From Gemmatimonadota bacterium (GTDB taxonomy: Bacteria > Gemmatimonadota > Gemmatimonadetes > Gemmatimonadales > GWC2-71-9), in the NCBI GenBank assembly GCA_031400975.1, contig JANNQX010000147.1, positions 393-64,392 of the forward strand: DNA of 64,000 nucleotides, given 5' to 3'. This document shows positions 57,262 through 64,000 of the stretch, in pieces. The notes below the pieces were generated by a model. The model did no database searches and had not been told where the DNA came from. It was given only the letters and a program-made list of their open reading frames with translations. The position numbers and the translations under genes are program-made. Position 1 is the first letter of the stretch. Every line of letters begins with the position of its first letter.

Positions 57262-58824
57262 TCAGGCGCCGCCGTTGGTGAACTGGCTAAATCGGAAGAT
57301 CACGAATTCAGCTGGCTTGACGGGGGCAAGTCCGACTTCGATGATGAGTTGCCCGCGATCCCGGACGTCAGCCGGGTTGTTCTCCGCGTCACATTTCACG
57401 AAGAAGGCTTCCTCGGGGGTGGCGCCGAAGAGCGCCCCGTCCCGCCAGACACCAGTCAGGAACGCGCCCACATCGCGGCGGACCCGGGCCCAGAGATCAG
57501 CGTCGTTCGGTTCGAACACCACCCATTGGGTGCCCCCTTCGATCGATGACTCGACGTAGTTGAACAATCGACGGACACTGACGTAGCGCCACGCCGGGTC
57601 GCTCGATACCGTCCGAGCACCCCAGACCCGCACCCCGCGCCCGGTAAACGACCGGATGCAGTTGATGCCGCTCGGATTGAGCACGTCCTGCTCGCCCTTG
57701 GTGACTTGGGTGGACGGGCCAAGGGCGCCTCGGATGACTTCGTTCGCGGGCGCCTTGTGGACCCCTCGCTCCCGGTCGTTCCGGGCCCAGATTCCGGCAA
57801 CGTGGCCGCTCGGCGGGACATCGATCGGCTTCCCGTCGGGACCGTCGATCCTGATCCACGGATAGTACAGAGCGGCGAACTTGGAGTCGTAGTTGGTGTC
57901 CTTCTCACGCCACTTCTTGACCTCTTGGGGCGACAGCCCGGGGACCGGGTCGATAATGGCCATCCGGTTGGCGAGGCGCTCACAGTGGGCGATCATCGCC
58001 AACTGAACCGCCTTGACGCCGTCGCGGTCGATCGAGCCACTCTGGTAGGCCGACATGACGTCGGGACAGATCAACATGGTGACGTCGTCGGCGACCTCCA
58101 TGCCTTCGAGGCCCGATCGGTCGGATACGTCGCCGACGAAATGCGTCGATCGGAGGGCCGGCAATCCGGCGCTCTTGTCCGGGGCCTTGACGCTATACGA
58201 GCCGAGGGCCGGGGTCCGCTCGGCGAGCGAGCCCGCGCCGGGGATTTCGACCAAGGTGACGAGCCGGCTGGTTTGGTTCACGGTCTCGACCACGTTCTTG
58301 GCGCCGCGGCGGGCCAGACTGACGTTGTCGTAGTTCTCCTCGGTCTCGCCCATCTTGATTTTGATGGTGAAGGTGCCTTCGGCGGTCTCCTCGCCGGTCG
58401 GCCCAGTGACCTCGATCTGGATGTCACTCGATGGCGTGCCCTTCGGCGTGACCGAGAGCGACGGGATGCCCTTGGCGGAACGGCCCGGCAGCTGCACAAT
58501 CGGGCCCTTGGTCTCGCCCTCCTTCCCCTTGGTCGCGGGGACGACCCGGGCGACGTAGCACCGGCCCCCGCCATTGAGGAAATACCCGTAGACCGAGTGG
58601 GAGAGGTAGGCGCCCGGCATGTGTGGATTTCGGCGCCCGCCTTCCTCGAGGCTGCCGAACGTCTCGACGTACTGGCCCCAGTTCGTGATCAGGGTCGGGG
58701 CATTCGCGGGACCCGCAGGAGCGAATCCGACGAAGGCGGCCATAGCTGTTCCGACCCCCTCGATCGGGCGGGCGCCGGTGTTGACCTCCTCGATGTACAC
58801 CCCAGGCGACAGGTATTCAGGCAT
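57262..58824 (-). CDS. Contractile tail sheath protein
   Basis: MPEYLSPGVYIEE, ALYYPW, PPSGH.AG, GVHKAPANE, VWGART, WVVFEPN, APVKPAEFVIF. Confidence 0.97.
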   Translation of the reverse strand: MPEYLSPGVYIEEVNTGARPIEGVGTAMAAFVGFAPAGPANAPTLITNWGQYVETFGSLEEGGRRNPHMPGAYLSHSVYGYFLNGGGRCYVARVVPATKGKEGETKGPIVQLPGRSAKGIPSLSVTPKGTPSSDIQIEVTGPTGEETAEGTFTIKIKMGETEENYDNVSLARRGAKNVVETVNQTSRLVTLVEIPGAGSLAERTPALGSYSVKAPDKSAGLPALRSTHFVGDVSDRSGLEGMEVADDVTMLICPDVMSAYQSGSIDRDGVKAVQLAMIAHCERLANRMAIIDPVPGLSPQEVKKWREKDTNYDSKFAALYYPWIRIDGPDGKPIDVPPSGHVAGIWARNDRERGVHKAPANEVIRGALGPSTQVTKGEQDVLNPSGINCIRSFTGRGVRVWGARTVSSDPAWRYVSVRRLFNYVESSIEGGTQWVVFEPNDADLWARVRRDVGAFLTGVWRDGALFGATPEEAFFVKCDAENNPADVRDRGQLIIEVGLAPVKPAEFVIFRFSQFTNGGA

Positions 58825-59021
58825 AGCGATGCTCCTCGAAGGTTGAGAATGTCCATCCAGGACAACGGGGTACAGGTGCGACGGGGACCGGGAGGCTCCG
58901 ACCTTCGACAGATGTCGGGGGCCAGTTGGGTAAGGCGCTGGAGGTGTCGGCTAGGATCGCGTTGGCCATTCTTGTTCAAGGCGAGGGGCAACTGCCGAAA
59001 CCCAATTTTACGAATCATCTT

Positions 59022-59050
59022 GATATAGCGGTTTGTCCCGGATCTGCCAA
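59022..59050 (-). promoter_or_regulatory. Putative sigma70-type promoter of the CIS operon
   Basis: Minus strand TTGGCA (59050-45), 17-nt spacer, TATATC (59027-22) in a locally AT-rich patch, ~195 nt upstream of the sheath ATG. Confidence 0.45.
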
Positions 59051-59079
59051 GACCCCCAATCGAACTTCGGTCGCGGTCG

Positions 59080-59874
59080 CTACTGAATCACCGGGCGATT
59101 GACCGTTTCGACGACGAGGGATTGGAACGGAAGGGGCGCTAGCTCGGGGAAGAACTCATCGATCAGAGCTCGCATGCCGCGAAAGTGAGCAATCCAGGCC
59201 GGTTCCAAGGATCGATCCACCGTCACTTCGGGGCCTTCGCTGGTCTGGGATTGAAACTGGGCCCACTGGGCCGTCAGGTCGGCGAGTTGCTGTGGTCCGA
59301 GCGCGTCCTCGGCGGCGGCCACCCGCCCGAACACCGCCAACACGTAGTCGCAGAACATTTTAGGGGGCAACGGGCTGGACGGCCGCCACCGATCGATGGC
59401 CGCGTTCCACCGGGCGACCACTTCCACGTAGATATCCCGATGGCGTCGGAGGCGTTGAAGGGTGTCGCGCCAATGGGTGGCTCCCAGGTCGGCCTCATCC
59501 CAGGATTCAGGCGGACACAGCGTCGTCGCTCGCTGATAGACTCGGTCGCCGAACTTCGACATGGGGTACGAACGACAGGTGATTGGGCGATCCTCGTAGA
59601 TCCCGCACCGCGATTGGCCCGGCCCAACTTCCTCCAGAAAGATGCACGGCTGAGTCGGGGCCATTGGCTCCAACTTGAGGAGGGCGAGCCCGTGGGTCGG
59701 GCCGTCGGCCGCTAGCCGGAAGCCAAGCGGGTCTGGGGTTTCCTGCTCAGCGACAAAGGCGAACGACTCTGGCGCAATGCCCCTCTTGGTGGTGATCCGC
59801 CAGAGGTCGTGGCCGAAGATCGGAACCAGATAGGAACGGCAGCAAAGGCCGCAGGCGGCGCAGGGATCCTTCAC
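59080..59874 (-). CDS. YkgJ/FliB-like CxxCxxCC cysteine-cluster protein
   Basis: CAACGLCC, CIFL, CGIYEDRPITCRSYP. Confidence 0.85.
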   Translation of the reverse strand: MKDPCAACGLCCRSYLVPIFGHDLWRITTKRGIAPESFAFVAEQETPDPLGFRLAADGPTHGLALLKLEPMAPTQPCIFLEEVGPGQSRCGIYEDRPITCRSYPMSKFGDRVYQRATTLCPPESWDEADLGATHWRDTLQRLRRHRDIYVEVVARWNAAIDRWRPSSPLPPKMFCDYVLAVFGRVAAAEDALGPQQLADLTAQWAQFQSQTSEGPEVTVDRSLEPAWIAHFRGMRALIDEFFPELAPLPFQSLVVETVNRPVIQ

Positions 59875-59917
59875 CGGTCGAAGCTACGTTCGGTCCGACG
59901 CCGGCGCCACCGAAGGC

Positions 59918-61018
59918 TCAGGACCGGGCCGCTACGACCAGGTGGAGGCGGTACGTCACGGCACTCCGATCGTGAAGCCGGACCGTCCATGACACCTGAT
60001 CGCGCTCCGCGACGACCTGAAGCCCCGGGACCGAGGCCGGGTGGCCCCCCGGGGTGAGGAGGGCCCGGAGTACCTGATCGCTGGCCCCGCCGCCGAATGA
60101 TCGTGGCGAATGGCCGCCGATCCAGGCTTCCACCGCGGTGGCCGCTGGGGCCCAGTCGTACGGCGAGGCAAGGATCACCAAAGCCCCCGGCCGAAGGACC
60201 CGGGCCGTCTCCCGGAGCAGGTCGAGTGGGGCGGCAACACAATCGAGCAAGTTGAGGCAGACCGCGCCGCCGAAACTGCCGGCGCCGAACGGCAGCCGGG
60301 CCGCGTCGCAGGCCCAAAAGTCCACTCGGTCGCCGTCGGAAACCGGGACTGGAAACTCCCGCCAGTCGTACCGGATACCCCCGCGTCGGAGCGGGTAACG
60401 GGCGACTCCGCGCCGGAGGACCCGGGCGGCCACCTTGAGAAAATGAAAGCCGAGGTCGACGCCGACAACCAAGTCAGCCGTCTGCCCGGTCAGGTCGAAG
60501 GTCGAGCGGCCCCCGGCACAGCCGAGATCGAGGAGTGGTCCCTCGCCAAGCGTCCCACCGGCTTGGCGGCAGAGTTCTAATCCGGTGGAGAGCGTGCGAG
60601 CCACGGATCCCGGATGAATGCCTTCCGGCTGGCCTTTGGCGGGGTCGTCGTGATCCCATTCACCGTAGTGGTCCCAACCGTAGCTGCCGAGGTGGGTCCA
60701 GGTTACGTCCAAGTAGGATCCCGGGCCGCTTCCCTCGGCCAGCAGCCCCTCAATCACAGGCGAGAGGTCGTCCCGGTCACGAAGGTGATACAGCTGCGAT
60801 GCGAGGTACCCGGCGACGTCCGGCACCAGAAGCGGGATCCCGTCGACGATCGGATACTCACGAAGGCAGTTGGGACCCGGACATTGGAGGACACCTTCAA
60901 AGACAGCATTCGCGTCGGCAACGGCCTCGATCGACACCCGAAGGGGATGCTCCTCCCCTCGCTCGACCCGGCAGACCGGGCAAATCGGGCGGAGGGTCTC
61001 GAAGTGTCGTCTCTTCAA
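59918..61018 (-). CDS. Trm112-like Zn module + class I SAM methyltransferase
   Basis: CPVC...C...CLREYPIVDGIPLL; LLDLGCAGG, CDA..LPF, RVLRPG. Confidence 0.85.
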   Translation of the reverse strand: MKRRHFETLRPICPVCRVERGEEHPLRVSIEAVADANAVFEGVLQCPGPNCLREYPIVDGIPLLVPDVAGYLASQLYHLRDRDDLSPVIEGLLAEGSGPGSYLDVTWTHLGSYGWDHYGEWDHDDPAKGQPEGIHPGSVARTLSTGLELCRQAGGTLGEGPLLDLGCAGGRSTFDLTGQTADLVVGVDLGFHFLKVAARVLRRGVARYPLRRGGIRYDWREFPVPVSDGDRVDFWACDAARLPFGAGSFGGAVCLNLLDCVAAPLDLLRETARVLRPGALVILASPYDWAPAATAVEAWIGGHSPRSFGGGASDQVLRALLTPGGHPASVPGLQVVAERDQVSWTVRLHDRSAVTYRLHLVVAARS

Positions 61019-61021
61019 ACG

Positions 61022-61408
61022 CTAGCCGCCGATCATGACCGTGGGGCTGCCGGGCGGAATGATCTTGCCGACCGGAGACGGGATTGGAGCGACGCAGGTC
61101 GCGTGCTGGGTCATGTCGCCGACCCGGGCGGCGGGCAGGTTGTTGACCATTACCGTAGCGGATCCCTTCATAATGATGCCGGGCCCGGCCGGTACACACG
61201 ACGGCAGCATGCAAATTTTCGACATGTCGGTGACCCGGGCGGCCGCCATGTTGTTGTACTTCACCGTCGGTGAGCCCGGTGGCATGATGGCGAGGGGCAG
61301 TGCCGGATGCGGCACCGGGGTTGGGACCGGCGCCGGTGGGTGGATCGGCGCGTGACAATGGGGGGCGTCTTGAAGGATGTTATCGCCGACTCTGGCGCCT
61401 GGTGGCAT
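61022..61408 (-). CDS. PAAR-domain spike-tip protein
   Basis: Three PAAR-type motifs (PGARVGD, AAARVTD, PAARVGD), GS.TV repeats, terminal VMIGG; ATG at 61408. Confidence 0.92.
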   Translation of the reverse strand: MPPGARVGDNILQDAPHCHAPIHPPAPVPTPVPHPALPLAIMPPGSPTVKYNNMAAARVTDMSKICMLPSCVPAGPGIIMKGSATVMVNNLPAARVGDMTQHATCVAPIPSPVGKIIPPGSPTVMIGG

Positions 61409-61446
61409 CTCAAGATCTCCGGGATCGGTTTTCGAATCAGTCGGGA

Positions 61447-62784
61447 CTACCCGACCGCCGCACAATGTTCGATCTGCTCAACGGCGGCGCGGTGGCCCGC
61501 CTCCGACAGCGTGCTCGATCGGCGCAGGGCCGAGGTCGTCCTCGCCTTGGTCCATGCCTCGTATCCGGCGTCAATTTCGGCGGGCGTCAGGGTCGGCAGT
61601 GTCAGGACCGAGGTCCGATGATTTGCGGGCCGGTCGAGGTGGTCCGCCGCCAGGTAGCCGTGCTCGATACAATAGCGATGGAGGTGGGTACCGGGATAGG
61701 GGTAGAACACGAAGAACCCGAAATCGTCCGGCTCGATTCGATGGTGGAGCGCCAAGGTCTCGGCCATCTCGGCCGGCGTCTCGGTCGGGAGCCCCATCAT
61801 ATAGTTGGCGGTGACAAGGATCCCGGCCTCTTTGGTCCACTGAAAGACGTCGACGAATCGTTGGTTGGACACCGGACGCCGCATTACTTCACGCCGGAGT
61901 CGCTCGCTACCGCTCTCGACCCCGTAGGTGATGTGCCGGCACCCGGCCGCGGCCAGGCGCCGAAGCAGCTTGGCGTTGACCGTCTCGACCCGGGCATGGA
62001 GCGAAAAGGGAATCCGGAGCTGCTCACCATACCCGTCGCAGAACTGGTGGACCCAGGGGTGGTTGATGGTGAACGTATCATCGAGAAAGATGACGTAATT
62101 GAGGGGACCCTGGGCTTTGATTTCGGTGAGCTCCTGGATCACGTTCGCCAAGGACCGGCGACGGCCGTAGTCGCCAGTCTCGGCGTACAGTTCGTTGTAC
62201 ATCCGAGCGGCGCAGTAGGTGCACTTGAACGGGCAGCCGCGTTGGGTGCTGACGTGAACGACACCGTACCGCTCATCGAGCAGGTCACGGGCCATGAACG
62301 GGAGGTCGTCGAGCGGCTCAAAGGGGGCCCGGAGCGACGGCCGCGGCCCACCTTTGCCCCAGATGTTGGGAATTCGCGCATCCGAAGGCTTCCCGCCGCT
62401 CTCGAGAAACCGAGCCAGGTCGAGAAGCGCCGTTTCGCCCTCGCCGAGACAGACATAGTCGAACCCGGGGGCGGCAAGGACGTCCTCGGGGGAAAAAGTC
62501 GGGTGAAGTCCGCCGGTGACGACCGGGATATCATGATGGTGACGAATCTGCTCGATCAGTCCCCGCGCTCGTAGCCACTGCCGAGTCGTGAGCGAAAGGC
62601 CGATCAGTTGGGGTCGGATGACACCGACCTGCTCGACCAGCTGGTCACCCGCCCAGTCGAGCGGGACTCGAAGAAACTTGACTGAATGACCGGCGGTGCG
62701 GAGGTACGAGGCCAAGAAGGCCGGGCCCAACGAGGCCACGGCCCAAGTGCTCTCGGTATCAATCTCGAGAAACAGGACATCCAT
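61447..62784 (-). CDS. Cobalamin-binding radical SAM enzyme (class B methyltransferase-like)
   Basis: LASYL..AGH, TGGLHPT, GEGE (B12 domain); RGCPFKCTYC; DDTF; GVESGS; MMGLPTET; PYPGT. Confidence 0.9.
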   Translation of the reverse strand: MDVLFLEIDTESTWAVASLGPAFLASYLRTAGHSVKFLRVPLDWAGDQLVEQVGVIRPQLIGLSLTTRQWLRARGLIEQIRHHHDIPVVTGGLHPTFSPEDVLAAPGFDYVCLGEGETALLDLARFLESGGKPSDARIPNIWGKGGPRPSLRAPFEPLDDLPFMARDLLDERYGVVHVSTQRGCPFKCTYCAARMYNELYAETGDYGRRRSLANVIQELTEIKAQGPLNYVIFLDDTFTINHPWVHQFCDGYGEQLRIPFSLHARVETVNAKLLRRLAAAGCRHITYGVESGSERLRREVMRRPVSNQRFVDVFQWTKEAGILVTANYMMGLPTETPAEMAETLALHHRIEPDDFGFFVFYPYPGTHLHRYCIEHGYLAADHLDRPANHRTSVLTLPTLTPAEIDAGYEAWTKARTTSALRRSSTLSEAGHRAAVEQIEHCAAVG

Positions 62785-62899
62785 GATGGGCAAGGTACCC
62801 CGTTTACCGGACCCGGGGGAGGGGACTCCCGGATCGCGAGGCTTCGGTCCAAACTTCGGGGTGGCAGTGGGTTCACCGGGTCGGCGAGGAGGGAGTGCC

Positions 62900-63298
62900 A
62901 TGACGAACCAGATGGTGCCCGAAGGCGGGCCAGGTGTTCAAGTCCTCGCCTTGAGGTCGGGAGCGACCGTCAGCGTTCATCCCGATCCTCGAGGTGAAAC
63001 GATCGTGCTCCGGTCGGCGGCTGGGCTGGTCGACCTCAGCATCAGGATGACCGATCAAGGGCCGGTACTGAGCCTTCGGGGAGTCCGGCTCGAAATCGAA
63101 GCCACGGAAGAACTAGCGGTCCGGTGCCGGGAATTCACCGTCGAGGCCCGGGACGGCATCCGGCTAGCCAGTGGCGGCGAGGTCCATGTCCGAAGCCAGG
63201 GGCAGACTTTCGTCGACGGCGACTTCGTCAATCTCAACTGTCTCGATCGAGCGGGGTACCACGACGCCGAGCCGTCCCCCGGGGATCGGCCCGAATGA
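62900..63298 (+). CDS. Stand-alone spike beta-helix-like protein (VgrG/gp5 C-terminus-like)
   Basis: GGAGGGAG SD; ~8-residue beta-repeats (LEIEATEELAVRC..FTVEA..GIRLAS.GEVHVRS); VDGDFVNLN matches the VgrG terminus VKGTMVNLN. Confidence 0.6.
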   Translation: MTNQMVPEGGPGVQVLALRSGATVSVHPDPRGETIVLRSAAGLVDLSIRMTDQGPVLSLRGVRLEIEATEELAVRCREFTVEARDGIRLASGGEVHVRSQGQTFVDGDFVNLNCLDRAGYHDAEPSPGDRPE

Positions 63299-63344
63299 GG
63301 ACCCCGACCTGGTCTTTGAGTCTGCGGTCGTCAACGGAACCCGG

Positions 63345-64000
63345 CTACCGGGCGCCATCGCGGGTTTCGACTGGTGCGTTCCATCGGGTCCATACCGCAA
63401 TGACGGCGCAGCCATCCTCATGGAACTCGGCCGGCAGTTGGCCCGCTCCCCGGTAGACCTCGATCATTTCGATGTCAGCGGGTGCGATTCGGCTGAGTTT
63501 CTCGATGACGTCACGGGGGGTCTCGTTTGATCCCCCGAAGGTCACCCCAACTCGGGTGTCGCCAAGCTGAACATTGGCCGCTGCTGGCGGGCCCCCCAGT
63601 AATCGAACCCCGTCAACCCACACGGTCGCTTTGGAACTGGGGCCACTGCAGCGGGTAATCTTGAGATTGTTGGCCCAATCGAGTCCGGGCGGACCGACGG
63701 TCACCCGAACCCCCGGAAGGGTTTGAAGGAACTCGAGGGTTTGGATCACAGGCCGTCGGTTCAGCTGCTCCCGGCTGAGATAACTCCCCAGTCCGAGCCG
63801 CTGGCGCCGGAAAAAACCGTCGTACTTGGTCGTGCCCGCGTATCGCACCGGCTTCCAGGGTTTGGCCTCGACCTCGAGGTCCGGCAGCTCCTGGGGGGTC
63901 TCGGTCAAGAACACGGTGACCGTATCGGTCAGGCCCCACCCCTTGGGGAACATGAACCCGGCCGGTTTGAACCCGATTCGCCGAAAGCTGATGCTCGGCG
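63345..64000 (-). CDS. Carboxypeptidase-regulatory/TonB plug-like protein (5' truncated)
   Basis: GFFRRQRLGLGSYLSREQL, VWVDG, DIEMIEVYRG..LPAEF...CAVIAVWT. Confidence 0.65.
   Translation of the reverse strand, partial: PSISFRRIGFKPAGFMFPKGWGLTDTVTVFLTETPQELPDLEVEAKPWKPVRYAGTTKYDGFFRRQRLGLGSYLSREQLNRRPVIQTLEFLQTLPGVRVTVGPPGLDWANNLKITRCSGPSSKATVWVDGVRLLGGPPAAANVQLGDTRVGVTFGGSNETPRDVIEKLSRIAPADIEMIEVYRGAGQLPAEFHEDGCAVIAVWTRWNAPVETRDGAR

Noticed and set aside
47400-58824. Prophage or type VI secretion system
   Set aside because: No capsid, portal, terminase or integrase; no TssJ/L/M, TssA, TssK or ClpV; single-gene sheath, gp19 tubes and DUF4157 indicate an eCIS-type locus.

Overview
High-GC bacterial chromosome segment. 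The gene content (LPS heptosyltransferase, SurA, mfd-surA-pdxA, carboxypeptidase-regulatory/TonB-plug protein, many Hanks kinases) suggests a diderm, probably Gemmatimonadota (inference). Bases 1-29.6 kb are mostly housekeeping: a tightly coupled lepA-waaF-ROK-pfkB-HATPase-STAS-PLP lyase-ftsEX-envC operon, two EamA transporters, an M28 peptidase, DUF58/BatA, mfd, two PPIases, pdxA, hlyC/corC, a CDF transporter, typA and a stand-alone tRNA-Ile(GAT). Downstream of the tRNA is a ~34 kb accessory region with three parts. (i) A + strand envelope-signalling operon: Ig-stalk lipoprotein with a C-terminal CX4CH cytochrome-like tip, OM beta-barrel, two Ser/Thr kinases, a vWA lipoprotein and FHA proteins. 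(ii) A convergent ~17.5 kb - strand operon encoding an Actinobacteria/Chloroflexi-type contractile injection system (sheath, two tubes, chaperone, DUF4157, LysM, VgrG, gp25, baseplate J). Its baseplate wedge protein is fused to an intact FHA domain and is translationally coupled to a transmembrane Ser/Thr kinase, followed by SEL1 and FHA/M15-like proteins. (iii) An upstream cassette in which the only PAAR gene sits among a B12-radical SAM enzyme, a Trm112-like/class I methyltransferase and a YkgJ/FliB-like Cys-cluster protein, divergent from a stand-alone spike beta-helix gene. The best candidate for an undescribed system is a phospho-switch-gated, membrane-tethered CIS with a possibly enzyme-tailored spike tip. 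All family calls come from motif recognition by eye; no searches were run.
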